Shown here piece by piece: positions 19,623-29,655 of a stretch of 64,000 nucleotides of DNA. Numbering within the stretch: position 1 is the stretch's first letter; each line of letters begins with the position of its first letter. Source of the DNA: a virus. Taxonomy: Duplodnaviria; Caudoviricetes. Below the pieces are notes generated by a model that was given only the letters and a program-made list of their open reading frames with translations, was not told the DNA's origin and ran no database searches. The position numbers and the translations under genes are program-made. Location of the stretch: positions 160,001 to 224,000 of IMG/VR virus record IMGVR_UViG_3300011559_000001; one strand, given 5' to 3'.

Positions 19623-20023
19623 AACCCGTAGCACAACTACGGGTAAGTCCCGTACAGATGTGAATCTGTGCGAGCATTCCCTTAATTGCTGGAAACTCCT
19701 GTTAGACTCAATGGCTACAACGTGGGACGAAAGTCCGAGCGTGAATGCTTGAAAACATTGAGGTAGGGACAATCAGCAGCTGATCCCCTTCGTGTACCTG
19801 CTTTTTAGCGTGGAGCATGGGGAGAGTTCAACGACTATCCGGTGGTGCGGAGTACATCGTAATTGGGCGATGGAAATAGGGAACTTCTACGAACCTGCGT
19901 CTGGGCAAAACGCTGCGTAGAAGAAGATATAGTCTGGCCTGCATGGAGACATGCAGCAGTGGATCTGTAGTTGCGGCAGACACCACGCGCTTGAGGGGAA
20001 ACGACCACAAGCGGAACAAAGCG
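19623..20023 (+). mobile_element. group I self-splicing intron (IA2-like), no homing endonuclease ORF
   Basis: 5' exon ends in U, intron ends in G; P AATTGCTGGAAA 19684, Q AATCAGCAGC 19771, R GTTCAACGACTA 19826, S AAGATATAGTCT 19924; P2 with GUGA loop; P9 ctgcatg-gaga-catgcag; removal restores ADFDGDT. Confidence 0.93.
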
Positions 20024-20200
20024 TTCGACGGCGATACCGCCAGCTTCATCGCATATTACACCAGCGCTAAGCAGGAGATCAAAGATTTCCTGAACAGCAA
20101 GCGTGCCTTCGTCAACCCCATTGGTGGTATCCAAACCAGTGCGGCAGTTGATACGGTCGTGCTGTTCATGCGTAGCTTCACTGGCCACCCTGAAGATTAA
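20024..20200 (+). CDS. virion RNAP beta' exon 2 (FDGDTASF...); spliced product 547 aa
   Basis: In frame with exon 1 after splicing; completes the Mg-binding DFDGD motif. Confidence 0.9.
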   Translation, partial: FDGDTASFIAYYTSAKQEIKDFLNSKRAFVNPIGGIQTSAAVDTVVLFMRSFTGHPED

Positions 20201-20215
20201 TCCAAGGACAGTACG

Positions 20216-21514
20216 ATGTTGAACAAAGACGAACAGGCTGTCGAGGAGAGTATCGCCAGCCTTGAGTCGCTGCGGGACTTTGAGGAACAACTGCTCGAAG
20301 GTGCAGTGAGCCTGGAGTCCGGTGGTGCCGAGGTGGATTACCTCAAGATTCGCCAGATGGAGGACTTGGAAGTCTCCGTGGGGATGGAAGCCAACACCAT
20401 GCAGGTCGTGCGGGACGTGTTCTCCTCGATCGGTCGCATGTCGGTGGCCTTGGGCCATGGCTTCATGAAGTTCCTGGACAACATACACCGGGCCATTGAC
20501 ACCACCCATCTGGTGCGTACCCGTCAGACCCGTGAGAAGATCAAGTCCATCCCGGTGTCTGAGCACACTGTGAACAAGGGCCGGATGGAACGGGCCAAGC
20601 TGGCTGCTGGTCTGGCCATCGACGGTGACATCCCGTCCAACTTCCGCTCCTATGCTGATGGCATGGTCGACTTCTCCCGTCGCACCACCAACAATGTCAT
20701 GAGTGATCTGGCTTCGCTGAGCCGTCAGATCGGCGCACGTCTGGAAGCCAAGCGTTGGATGGGCAACAATGCCTTCAACGCTGAAGTGGTTGAGATCGTG
20801 CGTATCATCGGCGCCTACAAGCTGCCGATGCAGCGTTACCCCGACACCGACTACCGTCGCCTGTTCCCGGGTAACCGTTCGATCTTCTCCAATATCAAGC
20901 CCAAGCGTCCGCGCCGTGAACCGGTGGAACAGACCCAGGCCGCCAAGAAGGTCATTGATGGTGTGTCCAATACGGTCATCGGCATCGCCGCCCGTCCGGA
21001 CTACGTCAAGGGCAAGGCCGACACGATCCTGCCGATCCTCACGGTGGAGCAGCAGTTGGCCATGGTCGATGCAGCTGAGGTCCTGCTCAAGGAAGCTCAG
21101 CGCGTGGCTCAGGTGGCCAAGGCCTACAAGAAGGACAAGGTCCCCTCCACGTTCTCGATGATGATCTCCGGCTTCTTCCATGGCGTCAAGCGCCAGTTTG
21201 ACGATGTCTGGACTGCCCAGGACGATGGCTATGATGTCATCGATACCAGCGGCGGTGTGCAGACCCGTCACAAGCCGGGCACGCGCAATCCCTTGGGTGG
21301 CGCCGCCTCCCGTCTGGCTGGTCAGATGGGTATGGGCATGGAATCGCTCACCGAAGACGAAGCACGGGCTCAGTTGGCCGTGTGGGTCAGTCGTTACCTC
21401 AAGCTGTCGCTGATTGATCATCAGCGTACGGCGCAGTCGTTGATCCTCTTGTTGGTGTCCGTGGCCAAGACGTACTTGGACTACGTCGATGAGAGCCTCG
21501 ACTACTACACCTGA
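20216..21514 (+). CDS. putative internal head protein with protease-processed propeptide
   Basis: Acidic N-terminus with ASLE, VSLE, GME motifs typical of phiKZ-like prohead protease substrates. Confidence 0.7.
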   Translation: MLNKDEQAVEESIASLESLRDFEEQLLEGAVSLESGGAEVDYLKIRQMEDLEVSVGMEANTMQVVRDVFSSIGRMSVALGHGFMKFLDNIHRAIDTTHLVRTRQTREKIKSIPVSEHTVNKGRMERAKLAAGLAIDGDIPSNFRSYADGMVDFSRRTTNNVMSDLASLSRQIGARLEAKRWMGNNAFNAEVVEIVRIIGAYKLPMQRYPDTDYRRLFPGNRSIFSNIKPKRPRREPVEQTQAAKKVIDGVSNTVIGIAARPDYVKGKADTILPILTVEQQLAMVDAAEVLLKEAQRVAQVAKAYKKDKVPSTFSMMISGFFHGVKRQFDDVWTAQDDGYDVIDTSGGVQTRHKPGTRNPLGGAASRLAGQMGMGMESLTEDEARAQLAVWVSRYLKLSLIDHQRTAQSLILLLVSVAKTYLDYVDESLDYYT

Positions 21515-21582
21515 TCGACAAGCCCTTTAGACTGGACGGAGGGCTTTCCTCCGTCCAGTTATCCTGTCAAAAGGCAATCGAA

Positions 21583-24500
21583 ATGCTCAACCCGCTCAAT
21601 CCCGCATCTTGGACGCTGCTGCCCAATCGCCCGGAGTATTTCCCGCCGGGCAATGGCGAATGCTACCAGAGCCCGCCTGAAGATGGTCTGCTGACCTTCA
21701 GCGCTGAGGCCTACGTCACTCTGGGCGAACAAGTCAGTCTGGAAGCCCAGCCGCTGTACACGCCTTACTTCCGTAAGTACGGTGTGCTGCGTGCTGTGCA
21801 GTTGGCTGCACCGCTGCTGAACAAGCTGACCGCCCTGGAACTGCCCAAGGACACCGTCCTGCATTACATGCCGGAAGATGAAACCGAAATCGGCATTCCG
21901 CAGAACCATTCGATCTTGGCCAACAACACCCGTTTGTTGATGACCGAGCACATCACCACGTTGGGTGACAACAAGGGTAATCCCCGTCCGTTGCCGGTAC
22001 CGGCCGCGCAATTCAAGCGCGACTACCAGCGACTGAACCGCCGTACCCGTGAGATGACCAAGCCTGAAACCACGATGCGTGATCCGATCACGATCGTCGT
22101 GGAGAACTATGCGCTGCTCAATCACCTGTACCGCTACCCGACCAATTATTTCCGCGCCTACTCCAAGTGGTGGAACATCCAGGCAGCGCTGTGGACCCGT
22201 GCCGGTCAGATCGGTAAGGACTATCCGCACCGCAACCAGTTCCTGCAGTGCCGACTGCCCACGTTGCTGCCGACCATGGCACTGCTGCGTCGTGGCGAAG
22301 GGGAGATGACCCGCAACCTGCTCTCCAGCTTCACCCAGCCTGAGTCGCTGTTGATTCTGGAAATCTGGAAGTGGCTGGGCGAGCGTCGTGCTGAGTCGGT
22401 GCTCTCCAAGGCCGCCCCGGAGCATCTGGCCAACATGAACCTGATCTTTATCGAACAGGATCGTTGGTTGATGATCAACCTGGGCCTGCTGGACACCTGG
22501 CGCAAGCGTCCTGAAGAAGAAGGCGGCAATGACACCCACAAGGGCATCCTTGATCCGCTGATGATTCAGAAGCGCTTCTTGCGTTTGCTGATGTCGCTGA
22601 TGGAAGTGCGCACCGGTAGTACCGGTGAGGCGCCGGTCAGTGAGATCGATACGGCCGTGGTGGCAGTGGATACCGAAACCGCTCCGGGCTCGGCTGAAAC
22701 GCCGGATACGGTGATGACCGTCGCTCGTACTGAACCGGTCAAGCTGGTGGTGCCCACCGAAGATGGCAAGACCACCAAGGTCAAGCTGACGGCCAACCTG
22801 AATCTGGATCGCCTACCCACCGAGCTGGTGGAAGAGACCCCGGAAAACCAGGCGGCGATCGATGAAGCCATCACCCGCGATCTGGACGCACTGGATCGGG
22901 TCATGGCTCGCTTCCAAGAGCAGCGTACCGAAGGCGAAGAAGATGCACCTGTGGATACCTCCACCGGTGAGATCAGCGCCATGATCAAGTACGAGCCGCA
23001 GTGGCGTTCGCTCCAGTCGGGCGTGATGAACAAGATGGATCAGCTGGCCGACGCTGGCCTGTGCTCGGGTGCCGAGTACCGCCGTATGACGGCGCTGTCC
23101 ACCGCCTACCAGCGTCTGCCCAATCCGTTCGGAGAGGGTGTGCTGGCGGACATGGCAGAGATCAAGCCGGAAGAGCTCACCCTTCCCACCGAAGCGCAGA
23201 TCCCTGACATGGCCACGGTCCCTGACAAGACCATGCTCAAGAGCACGATCAAGGACTTTGACGCGCACTACTTGGAGAACGTCTACCGCAAGGACTTGGT
23301 CCGCTGCGTGCTGGCCGTGCAGAACTCCGGTGTGGCTGTCACGGGCTTCTCGGCCGATGAGTACAAAGACGTGCTCAACCACTACGAGAAGTACTCCATC
23401 CAGCTGACGCCGGTGCAAGGTAAGGTCTCCACGATCAACGCCAAGCTGCCGCGCGTGAGTAACGATGGTACCTACGTGGACAACGGCTCGCGTTACCGCA
23501 TGCGTAAGCAGCGTGGTGACATGCCGATTCGTAAGCTGTCCCCGGCCCGTGTGGCACTGACCTCGTATTACAACAAGGTCTTTGTGACGCGTTCGGAAAA
23601 GCAGGTCAGCAACTATCCGGGTTGGATCACCAACCAGATCGCTGCGATGGCCATCAACGAGTCCAACGAGAAGATCACCCATTCGATGCTGGCCGACGTG
23701 GCTGACACCACGATCATGACCCCGCGTATCTACTCGATCATGGCCGCACGCTTCCGCTCGTTCCACCTGACCGACAAGACCGGTGTGTACGAGTTCTTCT
23801 TCGACTACCATGCGCGTAAGGCCGAGTACGGTAGCGAGCTGGTGGAATCGCTGGAGAAGGACGGCCTGCTGGTGATCGGCCGCATGCAGGCCTCCAAGAA
23901 CCTGTTGCTGGTAGATTCCACCAACACGCTGTATGAAGCGCAAGGGTTGGAACTGCGCACGATCGGTTCGATGGAGTCGCTGCTGGACTTGAACGGTCGC
24001 GCGCCGGCTGAGACCGCTGAGATTCGCATCTTCGGCAAGCAAGTGCCGGTGGGTCTGTTCCTGGCCTATCAGTTGGGTCTGACCGAACTGTTCAAGCTGA
24101 TGGGTGTGACCCCGCGTAAGGTCCCCACCGGTACCCGTGCGTATATGGGCGAAGACGAAATTGCACTGCGCTTTGAAGATGAGATGTGGATCTTCCCGCA
24201 AGACCAAGGCTCGCGCACGCTGATCCTCTCCGGACTGGCCCAGTACGAGAAGATCACCCGCAACTACCCGGTGCACCTGTTCGATCGCAAGGACATCTAT
24301 TACAACGTGTTGGAGCAAGCACGCATTGGCGTGCGCTACCTGCGCGAGATGGATTTGCTGGTGGAGATGTTCGTGGACCCGATCACTGAGGACATCCTCA
24401 AGGAAATGGGCGAACCCACTGACTTCATCAGCCTGGTCCTGCGCGCCTGCCAGTTGCTGGAGACCGATTGGTCGCCGGCCGAAACGGACATGGCGTACAT

Positions 24501-26085
24501 GCGCCTGAAGGGCTACGAGCGTTTTGCTGGTGCGCTGTACGCAGAGATGGTCAAGGCGATCCGTCAGCAGCGCTCGCGCGGCTCGATGGCCAATGCCAAG
24601 ATTGACATGCATCCTGATGCGGTGTGGATCGGTATCCAGTTGGATCCGGTGAAGAAGGCAGTGGAAGAGTCCAACCCCGTGCACAACGCACGTGAGCCTG
24701 AGGAAGTGACTTTCTCGGGCGTGGGTGGTCGTTCCAGTCGCTCGATGGTGGGCCGTACCCGTGTGTTCCATGAGAATGACATGGGCGTGATCTCTGAGTC
24801 CACCAAGGACTCGGCGGATGTGGCTATCACTACGTTCACCCCGGCCGATCCGACCCTGCTCAACGTTCGCGGCATCACCCGTCGCTTCGATCCGAGCAAG
24901 GATGGCATCACCTCGATCATGTCCACGCCGGCATTGCTGTCGCCGGGTGCCGATCGTGACGATCCCAAGCGTGTGAACTTCATCCCCATCCAGCACTCCT
25001 CCGGTACGTTCGCCAAGGGCTACCGTCCGACCCCGTTGCGTACGGGCTATGAGCGTGTGTTGGCCCACCGTTGCGATGACATGTTTGCCGCCGTGGCAGA
25101 CCAAGACGGTGCGGTGACCTCGATCAATGATCGGGGTATGGTCATCACCTACGCCGATGGCAAGACCCGTTCGATTCAGCTGGGTCGTCGCTTTGGTAAG
25201 GGTGGTGGTTTGATGTTCCCGCATCAGCTTGTCTCGGACCTGACTGCCAACAGCACCTTCAAGAAGGGTGATGTGGTGGCCTACAACGAACGTTACTTCC
25301 AGGCAGATATGCTCACCCCCGGACAGGTGGTGTGGAAGGCGGGCTTGCTGGTCAACACGGCGATCATGGAAAACCCCGATACGCTGGAAGACTCCTCGGT
25401 CATCACCACCCGTGTGGCAAAGGAGTTGGAGACGGAGATCACCTTTGTACGCGACATCGTCGTGGGCTTTGATCAGAGCGTGCACAACCTGGTGGAAGCC
25501 GGGAGCGCGGTCGACATCGACAGTATCCTATGTACGATCGAGGACGCTGTGACGGCTGAGAACGGTTTGTTCGACGACAACTCGTTGGACATGCTGCGCT
25601 TGCTGGCCGCCAATACGCCGCGTGCGAAGTACAAGGGTCTGGTGGAGCGCGTTGAAGTGCTCTACCACGGCGAGATCGATGACATGTCCGCATCGCTGGC
25701 AGAGATTGCCTCCAACAGCGATCGTGAGCGCAAGCGTCAAGCACGTGCGCTGGCCCAGCAGTCGCTGACCGGTAAGGTGGATTCTTCCACCCGTATCCAG
25801 TCCAAGCCGCTGCCGGTGGACAACATGGTCATCCGCGTTTACATCACCAGTCCTGCTTCGGCAGGTGTCGGCGACAAGGCTGTGTTCGGCAACCAGCTGA
25901 AGACGGTGATCGGTCGTGTGATGACCGGTGTGAACGAGACCAAGTCGGGTATCCCGCTGGATGCCATCTTCAGCTACGCTTCGATCTCCAACCGAATCGT
26001 GCGCAGTCCTGAACTCATGGGCGTCACCAACGTCCTCCTCAAGCTCATCAGTCAGCGCATGGTAAATGCGTACAAGGGAAAGTAA
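21583..26085 (+). CDS. virion RNA polymerase beta subunit, N/middle part (phiKZ gp178-like)
   Basis: 1500 aa; DDPKRVNF, LRTGYE, EDSSVI, GVGDKAVFGNQLKTV; N-terminal leader ending VSLE. Confidence 0.92.
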   Translation: MLNPLNPASWTLLPNRPEYFPPGNGECYQSPPEDGLLTFSAEAYVTLGEQVSLEAQPLYTPYFRKYGVLRAVQLAAPLLNKLTALELPKDTVLHYMPEDETEIGIPQNHSILANNTRLLMTEHITTLGDNKGNPRPLPVPAAQFKRDYQRLNRRTREMTKPETTMRDPITIVVENYALLNHLYRYPTNYFRAYSKWWNIQAALWTRAGQIGKDYPHRNQFLQCRLPTLLPTMALLRRGEGEMTRNLLSSFTQPESLLILEIWKWLGERRAESVLSKAAPEHLANMNLIFIEQDRWLMINLGLLDTWRKRPEEEGGNDTHKGILDPLMIQKRFLRLLMSLMEVRTGSTGEAPVSEIDTAVVAVDTETAPGSAETPDTVMTVARTEPVKLVVPTEDGKTTKVKLTANLNLDRLPTELVEETPENQAAIDEAITRDLDALDRVMARFQEQRTEGEEDAPVDTSTGEISAMIKYEPQWRSLQSGVMNKMDQLADAGLCSGAEYRRMTALSTAYQRLPNPFGEGVLADMAEIKPEELTLPTEAQIPDMATVPDKTMLKSTIKDFDAHYLENVYRKDLVRCVLAVQNSGVAVTGFSADEYKDVLNHYEKYSIQLTPVQGKVSTINAKLPRVSNDGTYVDNGSRYRMRKQRGDMPIRKLSPARVALTSYYNKVFVTRSEKQVSNYPGWITNQIAAMAINESNEKITHSMLADVADTTIMTPRIYSIMAARFRSFHLTDKTGVYEFFFDYHARKAEYGSELVESLEKDGLLVIGRMQASKNLLLVDSTNTLYEAQGLELRTIGSMESLLDLNGRAPAETAEIRIFGKQVPVGLFLAYQLGLTELFKLMGVTPRKVPTGTRAYMGEDEIALRFEDEMWIFPQDQGSRTLILSGLAQYEKITRNYPVHLFDRKDIYYNVLEQARIGVRYLREMDLLVEMFVDPITEDILKEMGEPTDFISLVLRACQLLETDWSPAETDMAYMRLKGYERFAGALYAEMVKAIRQQRSRGSMANAKIDMHPDAVWIGIQLDPVKKAVEESNPVHNAREPEEVTFSGVGGRSSRSMVGRTRVFHENDMGVISESTKDSADVAITTFTPADPTLLNVRGITRRFDPSKDGITSIMSTPALLSPGADRDDPKRVNFIPIQHSSGTFAKGYRPTPLRTGYERVLAHRCDDMFAAVADQDGAVTSINDRGMVITYADGKTRSIQLGRRFGKGGGLMFPHQLVSDLTANSTFKKGDVVAYNERYFQADMLTPGQVVWKAGLLVNTAIMENPDTLEDSSVITTRVAKELETEITFVRDIVVGFDQSVHNLVEAGSAVDIDSILCTIEDAVTAENGLFDDNSLDMLRLLAANTPRAKYKGLVERVEVLYHGEIDDMSASLAEIASNSDRERKRQARALAQQSLTGKVDSSTRIQSKPLPVDNMVIRVYITSPASAGVGDKAVFGNQLKTVIGRVMTGVNETKSGIPLDAIFSYASISNRIVRSPELMGVTNVLLKLISQRMVNAYKGK

Positions 26086-26088
26086 GTC

Positions 26089-26301
26089 ATGTCCAACATC
26101 CAACAGAAAGCGCTGCAGCGCTCCAACGTGCCGTTGCTTGCCAACGCGCTCGAATTGGGCGCGCAGGGCATCCTTCAGGTCGCAGGCAATGCCATCACCA
26201 ATACGGTTGATGGTAAGCCGCTGACGCCGGCGTTCCTGCATTCGGCCCTCGCGGGCCGGGTGCAGTCGCTGATCAACAACAACACCAAGACCGGGAGCTG
26301 A
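26089..26301 (+). CDS. small hypothetical protein
   Basis: 70-aa ORF filling the operon gap. Confidence 0.65.
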   Translation: MSNIQQKALQRSNVPLLANALELGAQGILQVAGNAITNTVDGKPLTPAFLHSALAGRVQSLINNNTKTGS

Positions 26302-26306
26302 TCGCC

Positions 26307-27746
26307 ATGTCCCTGAGCAATACTTCGGTGGGCATGGCCCAGATCGTCAGCCAGTCCCTGCAGAACAAGGGCATCGAACTGTCCGCTGTTCCTGAAACCC
26401 CGGTCGGCGTGCTGACCGACCTGTCGACCCAGCAACTGGTCATCGACGAAAACGCCAAGCTCGCCGCCGGCGGCTACGAACGTCCGGAGCTGAACGTCTC
26501 GTTGCTCTCCGGTGCCGACGACGCCCTGCCGGGTCAGCCGCACTCGGCCCACTCGCTCCAGATGGAGCAGTCGGTGCAGATGCTGACCACTGCCCTGAAC
26601 GGTGCGCTGGACCTGGCCCAGAACGTGGTCACCCCGACCATCGATCGCTGCGTCAAGGCCGTGGCCGATTCCATCAGTGCCGCCCTGGAAGCGACCCAGT
26701 CGCCGCTGGAGATCATCCAGCAGCGTCCGGATCCGATCTTCTCCTCGGCCTACCTGCAGGAATCCACCGAGCGCTACGTCAACCAAAACCGCGTCATCTC
26801 CCTGCGTTCGCTGGGTCTGAATGCTGCCAGCATCGCCGGCAACATCCGCGCTCTGGTCCTGACCGGTCATGCCGGTATGGACGAGCAGCTGACCGCGTTC
26901 ATGGACCGCGTCGGTGATGACTTCGTCGTGAGCGTGTGGGACCGCATCTTCGGTGCGGCCTGTGCAACCTCCGACGACGTCTACTCGCGTCAAGGCCAGG
27001 AAAAGGAAGCCGTGCTGGCTTACTTCTTCGGTGCCAAGATGGCGCAGGAAATCCCCTCGGGCCTGAACATCGAGCTGGGTGCCTACCGCGACCATTGCGC
27101 TTCGGTGCTGGCCTCGGCCGGTGCGTCGATCCAGAACTTCTACCGTCAGCGTGAGCAGAGCGCCACCAGCGGCCGGATGGTTCTGACCTATCCGATGCAG
27201 GAACAGCCGCACGGTTCGGTCGTGGTCGACGGCGACAAGTACGCACTGTGGATCAGCCAGGGCGGTTCGCCCGAAGCGCTGTTTGCCACCGTCTACGGTG
27301 ATCGCAACTTCGACAACGCCCGCATGATCGATCGCAAGGAACACCTGACCGGCGACTGGTCGCGCGTGATGGCCATGTACCAGAGCACGATCGCTTCCAA
27401 GCGCTTCGACGCTGCGGTGCAGGGCCTGAAGAACCAGCTCACCACCGAGATCAACGAGATCCCGGACAACGAGCTGGTCGGCGAGCGCGCCGAGTACCAT
27501 GCCCGTCTGCGTGAGCGCCTGAGCCACGCCAAGATGCGCGACCTGGATGACCAGTGGCACTGGGCCCGCAAGGCCGTCTGCCGCGTGCTCTATCCGCACA
27601 CCGACGCCGAAGCCCTGCTGCAGGGCATCGACGAGCAGGCCAAGCACAACCCGGAAACCCCGGTGCGTGAACTGGCCCTGTACGCCACGATCGACCTGGT
27701 CGCTCGCTGGCTGGTGAATCAGCTGGCTCGCCAGCACCACAACTGA
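26307..27746 (+). CDS. conserved head-module protein (phiKZ gp177-like)
   Basis: 479 aa, strong codon bias, between vRNAP beta and the protease. Confidence 0.75.
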   Translation: MSLSNTSVGMAQIVSQSLQNKGIELSAVPETPVGVLTDLSTQQLVIDENAKLAAGGYERPELNVSLLSGADDALPGQPHSAHSLQMEQSVQMLTTALNGALDLAQNVVTPTIDRCVKAVADSISAALEATQSPLEIIQQRPDPIFSSAYLQESTERYVNQNRVISLRSLGLNAASIAGNIRALVLTGHAGMDEQLTAFMDRVGDDFVVSVWDRIFGAACATSDDVYSRQGQEKEAVLAYFFGAKMAQEIPSGLNIELGAYRDHCASVLASAGASIQNFYRQREQSATSGRMVLTYPMQEQPHGSVVVDGDKYALWISQGGSPEALFATVYGDRNFDNARMIDRKEHLTGDWSRVMAMYQSTIASKRFDAAVQGLKNQLTTEINEIPDNELVGERAEYHARLRERLSHAKMRDLDDQWHWARKAVCRVLYPHTDAEALLQGIDEQAKHNPETPVRELALYATIDLVARWLVNQLARQHHN

Positions 27747-27754
27747 GGTGATCC

Positions 27755-28480
27755 ATGGATCCTTCAGTGTTGAAACGTGATGCCAGCAAGGTCAAAGCTG
27801 CGCTGGTGGAACAACCTGACGGATCGGTGCTCACCACTCGCCCGCTCAAGATCTACGTACCTGAAAAGTACATGGAGAAGGGGCTGGGCGAGATCGGGTC
27901 GGAAACGTACATCGTGGGTGTCTTTGCGATGGTGGTGGATGACAAGTATTACGGCGTGAGTAAGATCAACGCCATGATGCGAATCAAGCCCACCACCATT
28001 TCCACGGTGAAGTTCGATGGCGACTCCTACTTGGAGTTTTACTTCGAACCGGGTTCGGTGGTCATTGCGACCACCGACCTGCTCAAGACCGACACGTTGG
28101 TCTACCACATCTTCTACTACTTCATCTCCAATGGCTCTGTGCCGTGGTTCATGTCGTATGAGGACGTGGCGACCTTGTTTGAAAGCGCCGACCGTCATGC
28201 AGGCGTGAGTCTGTCTCGAAGCCACACGATCCTGGAGATGTTTGCCGCAGCCATTGCGCGTAACCCGAACCAGCGAACCGAGTACTTCCGGCATACCCTT
28301 GATGACACTGCTGTCAAACCGACCAATGCGCCGGCGTGGATTGCCCTGCGAAATATCTCGCTGGGTGCGACCAACACCACCGCACGCCTGATGGGTTCCT
28401 ATTGGGCTGACGGTCTGACTTCCGCTCTGACCAATCCGAGCAGCCGCTTGGAACGGATCGAGCAACTTCTGCGCAGTTAA
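27755..28480 (+). CDS. conserved virion protein (phiKZ gp176-like)
   Basis: LKRDASKV...NGSVPWFMSYED...TTARLMGSYW; synteny. Confidence 0.7.
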   Translation: MDPSVLKRDASKVKAALVEQPDGSVLTTRPLKIYVPEKYMEKGLGEIGSETYIVGVFAMVVDDKYYGVSKINAMMRIKPTTISTVKFDGDSYLEFYFEPGSVVIATTDLLKTDTLVYHIFYYFISNGSVPWFMSYEDVATLFESADRHAGVSLSRSHTILEMFAAAIARNPNQRTEYFRHTLDDTAVKPTNAPAWIALRNISLGATNTTARLMGSYWADGLTSALTNPSSRLERIEQLLRS

Positions 28481-28490
28481 GGAAAAGGCG

Positions 28491-29294
28491 ATGAGTGGTT
28501 TCTCCCTGTCCTGCACCGCGCTCTTGGGTACCAACAAAGCCGGAACCCTGAAGCCCGATGCAGATGGCTATTACACCGTGGTGTTGGGCGCGCTTGACGT
28601 GTTCAACTCCGGCGGTGCGTTCTACCCCGAGGCTTCGGCCAAACACCTGTTCCAGCAGTCCTCCTCGCTGATGCGTCGTATTGCCTCGGGCAATCTGCGC
28701 GGCGAGTACGGTCATCCGCGCCCGCAGCCCGGCATGTCTTCGGACGAGTGGGTCAATCGCGTGCGCGACATCTACGAGCCGAATGTGTGTATGCACATTC
28801 GCAAGGTGACCGTGGACTACACCTCCTTCCGCAACGCACAGGGCCAGCCGATCATCACGATCGTCGGCGAAGTGCGCCCGTCCGGCCCGCAGGGTCCGGC
28901 GCTGAAGGAACAGCTGGACAACCGCCACGAGGACGTGTGCTTCTCGATTCGTTCGCTGACCAATGATGACTTCCAGTACGGGCGCGTTACCAAGCACCTG
29001 AAGCTGATCGTCACCTGGGACTACGTGAACGAGCCGGGTCTGGCACAGGCCCACAAGTGGAACTCCCCGTCGCTGGAATCGCGTGACAAGGACACCATGG
29101 TGTCTTATGGCAACGATGAAGCACGTTCGCTGGCTGAGCAACTGATCCTGCCGGGTCAGATCATGGCCATGAACAAGCGCCAGCGCGCCATGGGCGTTTC
29201 GATGGAATCGGACGGCGGTGTCTCGCTGGAATCGATCGTCGAGGCGATCACCGTGGAACCTGAAGCACAGCGGCCGGTCTCGGCTCGCTGGTAA
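28491..29294 (+). CDS. prohead serine protease (phiKZ gp175-like)
   Basis: GEYGHP (His), FSIRSLT (Ser), TWDYVNEPG (Asp); C-terminal SLE/SME autocleavage motifs. Confidence 0.9.
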   Translation: MSGFSLSCTALLGTNKAGTLKPDADGYYTVVLGALDVFNSGGAFYPEASAKHLFQQSSSLMRRIASGNLRGEYGHPRPQPGMSSDEWVNRVRDIYEPNVCMHIRKVTVDYTSFRNAQGQPIITIVGEVRPSGPQGPALKEQLDNRHEDVCFSIRSLTNDDFQYGRVTKHLKLIVTWDYVNEPGLAQAHKWNSPSLESRDKDTMVSYGNDEARSLAEQLILPGQIMAMNKRQRAMGVSMESDGGVSLESIVEAITVEPEAQRPVSARW

Positions 29295-29414
29295 GCAGCA
29301 TACGCCCCCGCCTTCGGGCGGGGGTTTATGTCGTCGGTAAAAAAAGAATAGACCCGTACTATTGATATGCAGAGGCCCCTAAGTGGCCTGACCTGCTAAC
29401 CCTGTAGAGGAGCA

Positions 29415-29543
29415 ATGCCCATGAAGGACACCACCGGCTTCGTCTCGCAGACGACGCCCGATTGGATCGATGGCTTCGGCGAAGGTCTGCGCAACGGTTG
29501 CGATGAGACCGTCGGCGGCCTGATCGAACGCGACGGCATCTGA
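29415..29543 (+). CDS. 42-aa small protein, absent from the ORF track
   Basis: GAGGAG RBS; MPMKDTTGFVSQTTPDWIDGFGEGLRNGCDETVGGLIERDGI; bounded by two hairpin elements. Confidence 0.6.
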   Translation: MPMKDTTGFVSQTTPDWIDGFGEGLRNGCDETVGGLIERDGI

Positions 29544-29655
29544 TCGAACAGCCTGGCCGCCCCACCCTTCGGGGTGGGGCTTTATGGCGTGTGAAGGAAA
29601 CGTGTAAAGTTTGACAGGTCGGCAAGGTCTTGTAGACTTTCTCCAGCCCGCCGCC

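Noticed and set aside
19629-19631. TAG readthrough or alternative genetic code
   Set aside because: Genes are intact under the standard code; this TAG lies inside the intron.
19943-20200. 85-aa ORF as an independent gene
   Set aside because: Its first 27 codons are intron P9 sequence; the rest is exon 2 of beta'.
21583-26085. Intein or intron in vRNAP beta (terminase also checked)
   Set aside because: ORFs are continuous with no intein C/S...HN or LAGLIDADG motifs seen; the acidic insert at ~22610-22990 looks like a linker.
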